Positions 23,918 to 33,370 of a stretch of 34,766 nucleotides of DNA are shown one piece after another. Origin of the DNA: Actinospica sp. (GTDB lineage: Bacteria; Actinomycetota; Actinomycetes; Streptomycetales; Catenulisporaceae); contig DASTAE010000287.1 in assembly GCA_035712985.1 (NCBI GenBank), positions 1-34,766 of the forward strand, given 5' to 3'. The position numbers were made by a program, and so were the translations under genes. Every line of letters starts with the position of its first letter. Position 1 is the first letter of the stretch. The notes beneath the pieces were generated by a model. It was not told where the DNA came from, made no database searches, and saw only the letters and a list, made by a program, of their open reading frames with translations.

Positions 23918-25897
23918 ATGACTTCATCGAGTTCGCACAGGGATGAGGGCCGGCGGGCCCGGCCCGAGCCGCTGCGCCGGCAGACCCGCGCCGAGCAGGC
24001 CGAGGCCAAGCGGCAGTTGCGCTCCTGGCGCAAACGGAAACTCGGCGTGATCCTCGCGGGGCTGCCGATCGCGGCGATCGGCCTGGCCGGATACGCCCTC
24101 GCCGCGCCCGGCCGGCATCACCACCATCAGCCGCCGGCCGCCTGCTCGACGGTCTCGGCGACCGCGGCGCAGTCGGGCACGGCGATGAACCCGACGACGG
24201 GTGCGGCCGCCGCCTCGTCGACGGGCGCCGCGATGGGCGGCGCGACCTCCGCCGCCGCCTCGGCCGCCGGAACCGGCGCGGCGACCGGCATGGCCGGCAC
24301 CGGCATGAACGGCACCGGGAACGGCATGACCGGGACCGGAACCGGTATGAACGGAACCGGGACCGGCACGGCGACCACCGGCATGACGACGGGCGGCGCG
24401 GCGTCGACCACGACGGCGGCGACCGCTGCGTCCACGACGGCAGCCGGTGCCGCGAGCACGTCGGCCGCGGCCACCACCCCGGTGACCGCCACGACGTCCT
24501 GTGCCGGCGCGACGGCCACGGCGTCCGCGAGCACGACGGCCTCGGCGTCGGCGACGGCCGTGGCCGCCGCGACGCCCAACCCGAACTGCACGCTGATCGT
24601 GCCCGCCAACCCGCTCAGCGCCCAGGGCCTGGCGACGCCGTACCAGTTCGTCGCCACCAACGCCGCGATGGGCCCGTGCCACGAGGCGAACATCAACCAG
24701 AGCGCCTTCGTGCAGGCCACCGTCTACGACCCGGCCACCGGCGCGCTCAGCGTCTACGATCCGCTGGTGATCGACCAGGGCACGACGCCCGCCGCCGCGC
24801 CGGTCGTGCCGACGCTCCCGGCCAACGCCGTCGTCGGCATCTGGTTCGGCTTCAACGCCACGAACCTGACGCTGCAGGACTCCGGCGGCAGCCTGGCCGC
24901 GGGCAACTGCGTCAACGGCCTCGGCACCTCGGTCTTCGGCCAGTTCGCGTACTGCGACGCCCCGGCGTTCTTCACCGCGGTCAACCAGGGCATCGCGAAC
25001 GGGATGGTCACCGTGCCGAGCCCGGGCACCGCGGTCGACGGCCAGCCCTGTCTGACCACGCGCAACTTCGGGCTGATCGACCAGGACCAGAGCGACAACG
25101 TGACCACGTCCTACCTCGCCACCGCGAACGGCCAGACCGCGCAGAACAACGCGGCCAACATGGGCGCGCTGGCCGGGGCGACCACCCTGGCGAACCCGAG
25201 CGACAACGCCCTGCTGGACGTCTTCGTCGACCCCGCGCTGCACTGCACGCCGTGGACGGCGCCGAACCTCGGCAACAACGGCACCCCGGCCACCTCGCTC
25301 GGCCTCGACGAGATCCAGGCCAACGCCTTCCCGGCGAACCCGACCGCGCTGGTTCCGCAGAACGACCCGATGACCCTGGTCAACGGCAACTTCAGCCAGC
25401 AGAAGACGAACATGTACCGCGCGGGCGTGGACCAGAGCCAGCTGCCCGCGGGCACCACGCCGGCGGTCTACTGCGGGGACATGGACAGCATCCAGTCGGT
25501 CCGGCTCCAGCAGGACGTCAACCTGCTGATCAACCAGACCACCCCGTCGGCGGCCGCGGCCAGCAACCTGTTCACCTTCCTGGCGATGCGGTTGCAGCAG
25601 TCCTTCACCAACCTCAACTGCCAGAACTTCGGCCTGACCAACCCGGTCTCCTCCCTCGCCACCAACGGCAACGGAGTCGTGGTCGGCGCCGTCTTCGCCC
25701 AGCAGGTGAACGCGGTGACGGCCGGAGCCGGCAACCCGGCGGAGAAGTGCGTGACCATGGCCAACGCGACGGCGCAGACTGCCTGCGCCCTGGCCGCGGT
25801 CGGCGGAACCACCGCCTCCGCCTCACCGACGCCGACCATGACCGCCTCACCGCGACCGAGTGGCGACATGCATCGGCACAGCGGCCACCACTGGTGA
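23918..25897 (+). CDS. Membrane-anchored protein (659 aa). It has a basic cytoplasmic N-terminus, one TM helix, a (GMNGTGx)n / Ala-Thr-rich low-complexity stalk, and a ~430-aa Cys-containing extracytoplasmic domain of unknown family.
   Basis: AGGAG RBS 7 nt upstream, overlapping the stop of 23114-23908 (operon). TM segment LGVILAGLPIAAIGLAGYALAA. About 10 Cys in the C-terminal domain. Confidence 0.7.
   Translation: MTSSSSHRDEGRRARPEPLRRQTRAEQAEAKRQLRSWRKRKLGVILAGLPIAAIGLAGYALAAPGRHHHHQPPAACSTVSATAAQSGTAMNPTTGAAAASSTGAAMGGATSAAASAAGTGAATGMAGTGMNGTGNGMTGTGTGMNGTGTGTATTGMTTGGAASTTTAATAASTTAAGAASTSAAATTPVTATTSCAGATATASASTTASASATAVAAATPNPNCTLIVPANPLSAQGLATPYQFVATNAAMGPCHEANINQSAFVQATVYDPATGALSVYDPLVIDQGTTPAAAPVVPTLPANAVVGIWFGFNATNLTLQDSGGSLAAGNCVNGLGTSVFGQFAYCDAPAFFTAVNQGIANGMVTVPSPGTAVDGQPCLTTRNFGLIDQDQSDNVTTSYLATANGQTAQNNAANMGALAGATTLANPSDNALLDVFVDPALHCTPWTAPNLGNNGTPATSLGLDEIQANAFPANPTALVPQNDPMTLVNGNFSQQKTNMYRAGVDQSQLPAGTTPAVYCGDMDSIQSVRLQQDVNLLINQTTPSAAAASNLFTFLAMRLQQSFTNLNCQNFGLTNPVSSLATNGNGVVVGAVFAQQVNAVTAGAGNPAEKCVTMANATAQTACALAAVGGTTASASPTPTMTASPRPSGDMHRHSGHHW
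24287..24395 (+). repeat. Approximately 21-bp tandem repeats encoding GMNGTGN / GMTGTGT heptads.
   Basis: Read directly in the coding sequence of 23918-25897. Confidence 0.6.
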
Positions 25898-25932
25898 TCG
25901 GGCCGCTGTAGGTAGATAGGAAGAAGAGGTGT

Positions 25933-25971
25933 CGCCCCCGCGCCGCAGCCCGGGGGCGGCACCGCCTTTCC
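25933..25971 (+). terminator. Candidate terminator: stem CGCCCCCG ... CGGGGGCG followed by a CCTTTCC tract.
   Basis: Read directly, 36 nt after the stop at 25897. Confidence 0.35.
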
Positions 25972-26017
25972 GCGTATCCGGATGCGTGCGCGCCCGCGGT
26001 CAGGGGAAGAGAACGGC

Positions 26018-26770
26018 ATGCTCTGGTTGCCGCACCGCAGTCCGGTTCCGCCGCGTGAGCAGGCGTGGATCGAGAAGATGCTGGGCTGGTGCGTCGAGCG
26101 GATCGGCGAGCCGGCGCTGCGCGGGCCGGTCGTCGAGCCGACCGCCGCGTTCTTCCCGGAGCCGTACACCGGATCGCCGGCCGACGCCCTGCGGGTCGTC
26201 GATCGCGTCAGGGCGCTCATGGGCATCGGCGCGGACCGGGTCGAGGTGGAGCTGACCGTGGACGGCATGTCCTGCGACCTCGCCGGGATGCCGCCGCACC
26301 GGACGCGCCGCGCCATCGTCGCCGGGCACTACGAGCGGCGCGGTGATCGCGGACTGATCCGCATCGATCCCGCCCAGGCCCGCGACGCCCCGCGGCTGGT
26401 CGCCGTCGCGGCCCACGAGCTCTGCCACGAGCTGCTGCTCGGCCGCGGCGGACTGCCCGGCGCGGACGGCGAGGACCACGAACCGCTCACCGACCTGCTC
26501 ACGGTCTACACCGGCTTCGGCATCTTCACCGCGAACGCTGCCTTCCGCTTCGAGTCCTACCGCGCGGGCGGCTGGCGCACCAGGACGCTCGGCTACCTCA
26601 ACGCCCCGATGTTCGGCTACGCGCTCGCCTGCTACGCGTGGCTGCGCGGCGAGCGGAGGTCGCCCGAGTGGGCCGGATATCTCGACGCCAATCCGCAGGG
26701 ATACATGAGACAGGGCGCGCGATATCTCGCGGCTAACGGCCCGTCGCCCGCTCTGGCGTCGAAAAGATGA
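26018..26770 (+). CDS. Hypothetical cytoplasmic protein with an HExxH motif (HELCHELL) and a downstream Glu (EDHEP), a possible zinc metallopeptidase-like protein (250 aa).
   Basis: ATG at 26018 with an AGGGGAAGA RBS. The first 12 codons of the track ORF lack an RBS. No signal peptide or TM segment. Confidence 0.6.
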   Translation: MLWLPHRSPVPPREQAWIEKMLGWCVERIGEPALRGPVVEPTAAFFPEPYTGSPADALRVVDRVRALMGIGADRVEVELTVDGMSCDLAGMPPHRTRRAIVAGHYERRGDRGLIRIDPAQARDAPRLVAVAAHELCHELLLGRGGLPGADGEDHEPLTDLLTVYTGFGIFTANAAFRFESYRAGGWRTRTLGYLNAPMFGYALACYAWLRGERRSPEWAGYLDANPQGYMRQGARYLAANGPSPALASKR

Positions 26771-26776
26771 TCCCCG

Positions 26777-26816
26777 GTAATCCCTCCATTCGAAACAGGG
26801 GGATTACTTTCTTTTC
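26777..26816 (+). terminator. Canonical intrinsic terminator. Stem GGTAATCCCTC/GGGGGATTAC (10 bp with one GU pair) with an 11-nt loop, followed by TTTCTTTTCC.
   Basis: Read directly, immediately after the TGA at 26768-26770. Confidence 0.6.
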
Positions 26817-26873
26817 CGATCAACGGACGGCGGTCACGGAAAAGGTGGGTAGGCCTTACCATTCCCGTATCGC

Positions 26874-29555
26874 GTGCCGGTGGTGGGCCACCGCGAAGCT
26901 TTTCGCGTGCGGGAGTGTGTCGTGGAATCGGTGTACCGGTGGCCGCTCACGGCTCGGGCTGCCGAGCTGGAGGCGTTCGGCAGGGTCTGGAGCACCCCGC
27001 GCTGCCGTTCCGTGGTGGTGTTCGGATCTGCCGGGGTGGGCAAGTCCCGGCTGGCCGAGGAGTACTTCGCCCAGGCCGCGCGGTCCGGCGCGGTGCTCGG
27101 ACGGGCCACGGCCTCCCGGGCGGCGGCCGCGGTGCCGCTGGGCGCGATCGCGCATCTGATCCCGGCCGGCGTGGACCTCGCCGACCCGGTCCGCGGATTC
27201 GCGCAGGTCGCGACCGCGCTCGCCGGGGCCGGCCCGGGCAGGGCGGTGCTGGTCGACGACCTGCAATGGCTGGACGCCGCCTCGGCGGTGCTGCTGCGGC
27301 AGCTGATCGACGCCGGTTCGATCCGGCTGATCGGCACGGTGCGCGGCGGGGAGCCGGTCGGCGAGGCGGTCGAGGCGCTGTGCCGCGACGACACGGCGTG
27401 CCGCGTCGACCTGGCGGCGTTCGACGTGCGGCAGGTGGAGCAGGTGCTGCGCGCGGCCCTGGGCGGCCCGGTGAGTCGGCGCACCGTGCACCGGCTGCAC
27501 GACTCGAGCGGCGGCAACGCCCTCTATCTGCGCGAACTGGCCTCCGGCGCGCTGAAGGAGGGGGCGCTGGCGCACGACGGCGAGATCTGGGAGCTGGCCG
27601 AGGGCCGCACCGCGGGGACGCCGCGGCTGGCCGAGCTCATCAGCGCCCGCCTGGAATCCGCGGGGCGCGAGGGCCGCGCGGTGCTGGAACTGCTCGCCCT
27701 GTGCGAACCGGTCCCGCTGGCCGACGCCGAGGCGCTCGCCGCGATGGACGTGCTCGTCGAACTGGAGGCGGCCGGGCTCATCAGAACCCGGACCGACCAG
27801 AGCAAGACGTCCGTCTCCCTGGCGCACCCGCTGTACGCGGAGGTGCTGCGCTCCGGGCTGACCCCGCTGCGCCGCCGCCGACTGCTGCTCGATCAGGTCG
27901 AGCGAGCGAAGGCGGCCGCGGACTCCTACGCGGTCGATACGCGCCGGATCGCCGCGTGGCAGCTGGAGGCGACCGGCACCGCCGAGCCCGCGCTGCTGAT
28001 CGAGGCCGCAGCCCTCGCCCGCCACGCGCACGACTACATACAGGCCAAGCACCTGCTCGAGGCGCTGAGCGAGCGCGACTTCACCACGGCCGCGCGGCTG
28101 CTGTACGGGGACGTGCTCTGGCACACCGGCGAGCCCGCGCGCGCCGACGAGGTCCTCGCCGCCGCCGGGCGCACCGCCGAGGGCGAGCGGCAGTTCCTCT
28201 CCGTCATCATCGCCCACGCGCTCAACCGCTCCTGGGGCGAGGGCGACTACGCGGGCACGATCGACCTGCTCGCCTCGGCCCGCAAGGGCCGCACGAGCCC
28301 CGAAGTCATCAATGCCCTGCGGCACTTCGAGGGCGCGGTGCGCATCAACGCGGGCCAGACCGAGCGCGGGGCGGCCCTGCTCGACGACCTCCCGGAGGAG
28401 CCGGACGAGGCCGCCGACCGGGCCGCGTGGCTGCACGCCGCCACGATGAAGCCGGTCGGCCTGAGCTACACCGGCCGGACCGCGCGGGCCGTCGCGTGGG
28501 CCGAGAACGCCCACCGGCTGCGGCTGGGCATCGAGGAGCAGGTGCTGTTCCCGCACCCGGCGTTCCACCTGATCTCGGCGGTCGTCGCGCACAGCGCGGC
28601 GGGAGGCTTCGCCCGGGGCCGCGAGCTGGGGCACGAGACCGTCGACCGGCTGACGAAGGCCCGCGCGCCGGGGATCCGGATGTGGATGTCCGTGCACGTC
28701 GGCTACCTCGAACTGATGGCCGGTCACCTCTCGGACGCGCGGCGCTGGTTCGCGGAGGCGGCCGCGGTCGGGCGCGCGCTGCGCCGCGGCGTGGCGGTCA
28801 GCACCGCGCAGACGGGGGTCGCCGTCTGCGCGGCCCTGCTCGGCGACCTCGACGCGGCCGAGCAGGCGCGCACCGAGGCCGACAAGTACCCGGTGCTCGG
28901 CACGCACGGCCACTGGGTCACCCTGGCGGACGCCTGGATCCGCGTAGCCCGCGGCGCGACGTCCCGGGACGTGCAGGCCGGCCTGATCGAGGCCGCCGAA
29001 CAGGCCCGCGCCGCGGGCAACCTGCTCGGCGAGGCGCTGCTGCTCGCCGACCTGGCCCGCCTCGGCGCCGCCGCGCCCGCCGCCGCGCGGCTCTGCGAGA
29101 TCGCGGCGGACTTCGACGGCGGGCTCGTCCCCGCCCTGGCCCGCCTCGCCGGCGCCCTGGCTGCGGACGAGCCCGCGCGCCTGGTCGAGGCGGCCGAGGA
29201 GCTCGCGGCGGTCGGCGCCGACCTGATGGCGGCCGAGGCGGTCTCCGCGGCCTCCGCCGGGTACACCCGGGCGGGCGACGTCCGCCGCGCGACGCTCGCG
29301 GCCCACGACGTGCGACGGCACCTCGACACGTGCGGCGAGCGCCCGCACACCCCGCTGCTCAGGGACCCCAGGAGCACCGCGTCGCTCACCGAACGCGAGC
29401 GCGAGATCGCCGTCATGGCGGCGCACGGCATCCCCAGCCGGGAGATCGCGGAGACGCTGCGGGTCTCGGTGCGCACCGTCCAGAACCACCTGCAGCGCGC
29501 CTACGCCAAACTGGGCGTCACCAAGAGGTCGGAGCTGCGCCGCGTCCTCGGCTAG
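26874..29555 (+). CDS. LuxR-family transcriptional regulator of the large ATP-binding (LAL / MalT-like) type. It has an N-terminal AAA/NTPase domain, TPR-like middle region and a C-terminal LuxR HTH.
   Basis: Walker A GSAGVGKS, Walker B VLVDDLQWLD, C-terminal ERERE...RTVQNHLQRAYAKLGV HTH. GTG start at 26874. The exact start is uncertain (alternative in-frame GTGs at 26880-26922) and no strong RBS was seen. Confidence 0.8.
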   Translation: MPVVGHREAFRVRECVVESVYRWPLTARAAELEAFGRVWSTPRCRSVVVFGSAGVGKSRLAEEYFAQAARSGAVLGRATASRAAAAVPLGAIAHLIPAGVDLADPVRGFAQVATALAGAGPGRAVLVDDLQWLDAASAVLLRQLIDAGSIRLIGTVRGGEPVGEAVEALCRDDTACRVDLAAFDVRQVEQVLRAALGGPVSRRTVHRLHDSSGGNALYLRELASGALKEGALAHDGEIWELAEGRTAGTPRLAELISARLESAGREGRAVLELLALCEPVPLADAEALAAMDVLVELEAAGLIRTRTDQSKTSVSLAHPLYAEVLRSGLTPLRRRRLLLDQVERAKAAADSYAVDTRRIAAWQLEATGTAEPALLIEAAALARHAHDYIQAKHLLEALSERDFTTAARLLYGDVLWHTGEPARADEVLAAAGRTAEGERQFLSVIIAHALNRSWGEGDYAGTIDLLASARKGRTSPEVINALRHFEGAVRINAGQTERGAALLDDLPEEPDEAADRAAWLHAATMKPVGLSYTGRTARAVAWAENAHRLRLGIEEQVLFPHPAFHLISAVVAHSAAGGFARGRELGHETVDRLTKARAPGIRMWMSVHVGYLELMAGHLSDARRWFAEAAAVGRALRRGVAVSTAQTGVAVCAALLGDLDAAEQARTEADKYPVLGTHGHWVTLADAWIRVARGATSRDVQAGLIEAAEQARAAGNLLGEALLLADLARLGAAAPAAARLCEIAADFDGGLVPALARLAGALAADEPARLVEAAEELAAVGADLMAAEAVSAASAGYTRAGDVRRATLAAHDVRRHLDTCGERPHTPLLRDPRSTASLTEREREIAVMAAHGIPSREIAETLRVSVRTVQNHLQRAYAKLGVTKRSELRRVLG

Positions 29556-29624
29556 CAGGCATCGAACTCGGCGGGCCGGTGTGGACTGTGGCGCACCGGT
29601 AAGGCATGCAATAGGCTCCGGGCC

Positions 29625-31067
29625 ATGACTGAATGGGATGCTGCCGACGCCGCCGTGGCGGCGGCGGTGGCTGCGGGGGCGACGTACGCCGATGCCAGGG
29701 TGATGCACCGACGGTTCGAGTCCATGTCGGCGCGCAACGGGGATGTGGAGGATCTGACGCAGCGGGAGACCGCCGGGATCGGGGTCCGGGCGCTGGTCGG
29801 CGGGTGCTGGGGGTTCTTCGCCCTCCCGGACCTGGACGACGCGGTGGCCCGGCGGGCGGGGGCGGAGGCGGCCCGGATCGCGGCGGCCTCGGCCACCGTG
29901 CCGAACAGCGCCCGGCGGGAGGCGATGATTCCCTCGGAGCCCGAGGTCGGGTCCTGGGCCAGCGAGTGCGAGATCGATCCGCTCTCGGTCTCGCTGGCGC
30001 GGAAGGGGGACCTGCTGACCTCGGCCACGGCCGAGATGGCGAGGCAGGGGGCGGACATCGCCACCGGCTCCTACGACATCTGGGACACCGCCAAGTGGTT
30101 CGTCTCGTCCGAGGGGCACCGGATCGACCAGCATGTGCGCGAGTGCGGGGCCGCGATCAGCTCCACCGTGATCGGGGACGGGGAGACGCAGGTCCGGTCC
30201 TATCCCTCGCGGCGCGGGCAGTTCGGGACCCGGGGATGGGAGCTGGTTCAGGAGGCTGATCTGGCGGCGCACGCGGCCCGGATCGCCGACGAGGCGCGGG
30301 CGCTGACCCGGGCGCCGCAGTGCCCGGCGGGGGAGACCACCGTCATCATCGGCGGGGAGCAGATGGCGCTGCAGATCCACGAGTCCGTGGGGCACGCGAT
30401 CGAGCTCGACCGGATCCTGGGCTGGGAGGCCGCGTACGCGGGGACGTCCTGGCTGGATCTCGCGCAGCTCGGCAGCCTCAAGTACGGGTCCGAGCTGATG
30501 AACATCGTGATCGACCCGACCTATCCGGGCGCGCTCGGCTCCTTCGGGTGGGACGACGAGGGGACGCGGGCGCGCAAGCGCGACGCCGTCCGCAACGGGA
30601 TCTGGACCGGGGTGCTCGCGGGGCGGGAGAGCGCGGCCGTCGCCGGGCTCGACTACGCCGGGAGCGTGCGGTCCGACGGCTGGGCGCGGCTGCCGATGGT
30701 GCGGATGACGAACGTCGGGCTCGAGCCCGGGCCGCACACGCTCGAGGAGATGATCGCGGCCACCGAAGACGGGATCTACATGGACATGAACCGGTCCTGG
30801 TCGATCGACGACCGCCGGCTCAACTTCCAGTTCGGCTGCGAGATCGCCTACGAGATCAAGAACGGCAAGCTCGGCAGGATGCTGAAGAACCCCACCTACA
30901 CCGGCATCGGCCCGCGGTTCTGGGCTTCGATGGACATGCTCTCCTCGGAGATCGTCGCCTGGGGCACGCCCAACTGCGGCAAGGGCCAGCCGGGGCAGAC
31001 CGGGCACACCGGCCACCCCGCCGCTCCGGCCCGGTTCACCAACGTCCGAGTGGGGGTGCGCGGATGA
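29625..31067 (+). CDS. tldD: TldD-family metallopeptidase.
   Basis: HESVGHAIELD (HExxxH) motif, length 480 aa, conserved C-terminal GxC...G region. Confidence 0.9.
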   Translation: MTEWDAADAAVAAAVAAGATYADARVMHRRFESMSARNGDVEDLTQRETAGIGVRALVGGCWGFFALPDLDDAVARRAGAEAARIAAASATVPNSARREAMIPSEPEVGSWASECEIDPLSVSLARKGDLLTSATAEMARQGADIATGSYDIWDTAKWFVSSEGHRIDQHVRECGAAISSTVIGDGETQVRSYPSRRGQFGTRGWELVQEADLAAHAARIADEARALTRAPQCPAGETTVIIGGEQMALQIHESVGHAIELDRILGWEAAYAGTSWLDLAQLGSLKYGSELMNIVIDPTYPGALGSFGWDDEGTRARKRDAVRNGIWTGVLAGRESAAVAGLDYAGSVRSDGWARLPMVRMTNVGLEPGPHTLEEMIAATEDGIYMDMNRSWSIDDRRLNFQFGCEIAYEIKNGKLGRMLKNPTYTGIGPRFWASMDMLSSEIVAWGTPNCGKGQPGQTGHTGHPAAPARFTNVRVGVRG

Positions 31068-32461
31068 GCGCGAAGGTCGAGACCGAGCTCGAACTCGCCG
31101 CGCGTGTGCTGGAGCTCGCGCGCGCCGCCGCGGGGCCGTCCGCGGACGTGGACGTGTCGGTCGGCCGCGTGGCCCTGGGGCTGACGCGCTTCGCCAACTC
31201 GTACATCCACCAGAACGTCGCCGACGTCACCACCGAGGTGCAGCTGCGCATCCACAGCGACGGCCGCACGACGACGGTGTCCTCGACGCTGGTCGGCGCG
31301 GACGCGCTGCGGGAGATGGTGGACCGGACCGTCGGAGCCGCCAAGGTCTCGCCGCCGGATCCGGGCTGGCCGGGGCTCATCGGGCCGACGCCCGTGCTGC
31401 CGAGCCACGACGTCGACGAGGCGATCATCGGGGCCACGCCGGACGACCGGGCCGCGCGCGTGCGCGATTTCGTCGAGGCCGTCGGGGACCTGACGGCGGC
31501 CGGTTACTTCCGGACCCGGCACTGGAGCACCGCCTACGCGAACTCCGCGGGTCAGGCGGTGTCGGGGGAGTGCACGGAGGCCTCGATCGACGGGATCGCG
31601 AAGACCGCGTCGCTCTCCGACGGCGTCGCGCGCCAGGCCTCGCGGCGGATCGCCGACATCGACGCCGCGGTGCACGGCGCGCGGGCCGCGGCGAAGGCCC
31701 GCGCGTGGGACGGCGCGGTCGAGATCGAGCCGGGCACCTACGAGGTCGTACTCGAGCCGACCGCGGTCGCGGACGTGCTGTTCTGCCTGGCGAACTACGG
31801 CTTCAACGGCAAGTTCGTCAACGAGCGCCGCTCCTTCCTGGAATTCGGCCGCGCGCAGTTCGACGCCTCGGTCACCCTGGTCGACGACGGCGTCTCGGCC
31901 TTCGCGGCCGGCCTCCCGTTCGACAGCGAGGGCACGCCGCGCGGCCGCCTGGTCCTGGTCGAGAACGGGGTCAGCCGCAGCGTGTCCTACGACCGGCGTT
32001 CGGCGGCCGAGGCCGGCGTCGCCAGCAACGGCTACGCCGAGCCCGACAGCGCGGTGTTCGGCACGGCCCCGAACAACATCCGCCTCGAGCCCGCGGCCGG
32101 CCCCGCGCCGGCCGAGGTCGACGGGCCGATGGCGGACTCCTCGGTACGGGACCTCGTCTCCGGGGTGCGGCGCGGCCTGCTCGTGACCGACCACTTCTAC
32201 ACGCGCTGCCTCGACCCGCGCCGCGTGCTGATGACGGGTCTGACCCGCAACGGCACCTGGCTGATCGAGGACGGCGAGCTCGTGCGGCCGGTCAAGAACC
32301 TGCGGTTCACCCAGTCGTACGCGGAGGCGCTCGGCCCCGGCAACGTCCTCGGTGTCGGCGCCCACGCGATCGCGCTGCCCTACACCTACGGCCCCAACTC
32401 GGCGACGGCGCCCGCCCTGCGCCTCGGGGCCTGGCAGTTCACCGGCGGCGCCTCGGGCTGA
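31064..32461 (+). CDS. pmbA: TldE/PmbA-family protein, partner of TldD (465 aa).
   Basis: The ATG at 31064 overlaps the tldD stop (ATGA). PmbA-like length and glycine-rich C-terminal region. The 5' 248 codons of the 713-aa track ORF are an alternative frame of tldD. Confidence 0.85.
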   Translation: MSAKVETELELAARVLELARAAAGPSADVDVSVGRVALGLTRFANSYIHQNVADVTTEVQLRIHSDGRTTTVSSTLVGADALREMVDRTVGAAKVSPPDPGWPGLIGPTPVLPSHDVDEAIIGATPDDRAARVRDFVEAVGDLTAAGYFRTRHWSTAYANSAGQAVSGECTEASIDGIAKTASLSDGVARQASRRIADIDAAVHGARAAAKARAWDGAVEIEPGTYEVVLEPTAVADVLFCLANYGFNGKFVNERRSFLEFGRAQFDASVTLVDDGVSAFAAGLPFDSEGTPRGRLVLVENGVSRSVSYDRRSAAEAGVASNGYAEPDSAVFGTAPNNIRLEPAAGPAPAEVDGPMADSSVRDLVSGVRRGLLVTDHFYTRCLDPRRVLMTGLTRNGTWLIEDGELVRPVKNLRFTQSYAEALGPGNVLGVGAHAIALPYTYGPNSATAPALRLGAWQFTGGASG

Positions 32462-32512
32462 GCATCCGGCTGGCCCGCCCCGTGGCAGACCAACGTGCCG
32501 CACTCGTACCGC

Positions 32513-32554
32513 GCGGCGGCCTCGGCCGGGGCCGCCGCCCCTGAGGCGGCGGCC
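32513..32554. terminator. Overlapping GC-rich hairpins (GGCGGCC-N8-GGCCGCC and GCCGCC-N6-GGCGGC) between the convergent pmbA and flavin reductase genes, a likely bidirectional terminator region.
   Basis: Read directly. Confidence 0.3.
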
Positions 32555-33069
32555 TACCAGGCGTCCGGTCCGTCCATCAGCGACCAGTCCAGCCGCCGCC
32601 CGAAGTACACCAGCGGCTCGCCCGGACCGAGCCGGCAGTCCGCCACCTCGCCGATGACGACCGAGTGGTCGCCGTGCCCGAACATCCGGCCCACCGAGCA
32701 GCGCAGGTACACCGGGACGTCCGCGAGCCGCGGCACCGCGCCGTCCCAGGTCCAGTCCAGGCCGTGGAACTTGTCCTGGCCCTGGCCCGCGAAGGCCTCG
32801 GCGGCCGGGCCGCCGGCGCTGCTGAGCAGGTGCACGGAGAACTCCCCGGTCATCGAGAGCGCGGCGGCGGTGCGCGAGCCGTGCGCGACGGCCATCAGGA
32901 TCGACGGCGGCCGGACGCTGTACGAGCACAGCGACGTGACCAGCATCCCGCACGGCTTGCCGTCCGGACCCTGCGCGCCGACCACCGCGACGCCCGAGAC
33001 CAGCCGGGACATCGCCTCGGTGAACGCCGCGCCCAGGCCGGTGACGACGGCCGTCTCCTCCACTGACAT
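32554..33069 (-). CDS. Flavin reductase-like (NAD(P)H:flavin oxidoreductase, HpaC-type) protein (171 aa).
   Basis: Flavin_Reduct-like pattern (GVAVVGA..G.P.GM.VTS..SVS..PP). The start is taken at the ATG at 33069, with GAGGGGA 11-17 nt upstream. A GTG at 33087 is an alternative. Confidence 0.75.
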   Translation of the reverse strand: MSVEETAVVTGLGAAFTEAMSRLVSGVAVVGAQGPDGKPCGMLVTSLCSYSVRPPSILMAVAHGSRTAAALSMTGEFSVHLLSSAGGPAAEAFAGQGQDKFHGLDWTWDGAVPRLADVPVYLRCSVGRMFGHGDHSVVIGEVADCRLGPGEPLVYFGRRLDWSLMDGPDAW

Positions 33070-33230
33070 GGTGAAAAATCCCCTCACACCCCGAGTCGCG
33101 CGGTCGCGCGCAGGCAGAAGTCCCCGCGTGCCGCCGCGTCCTCATCCCCGTTTCGCGTAGCGACGTCATTGTAGTCCGCGGCGGCCTCGCTGAGGCGGCC
33201 CGCCGGGGCGATTTGACCGTTCCGTCCCTG

Positions 33231-33268
33231 GTGTATACCAATTGGTCTGTACCAATTTGCCGAATGGT
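33231..33268 (+). promoter_or_regulatory. Two direct-repeat DasR-responsive-element-like sites (ATTGGTCTGTACCAAT and AATGGTCTTGACCAAT). The second overlaps a TTGACC -35 box, with TACAAC 17 nt downstream.
   Basis: Each site differs from the dre consensus ACTGGTCTAGACCACT at 3-4 positions. They lie 100-140 nt upstream of a GH18 chitinase gene, the known arrangement of Streptomyces chi promoters. Confidence 0.55.
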
Positions 33269-33370
33269 CTTGACCAATTCCCCCGCCGCACGTACAACAT
33301 GCTCACCGCGCCGCACCACCGACGCGGCGAGGTGCGCAATCCCACTGCTCCTCTCTCCCTTGGAGGGTTC

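Noticed and set aside
26856-31016. 1386-aa minus-strand ORF spanning the LAL regulator and tldD
   Set aside because: Antisense to two genes with clear motifs (Walker A, LuxR HTH, HExxxH). The translation is low-complexity Arg/Gly/Pro-rich with no motifs.
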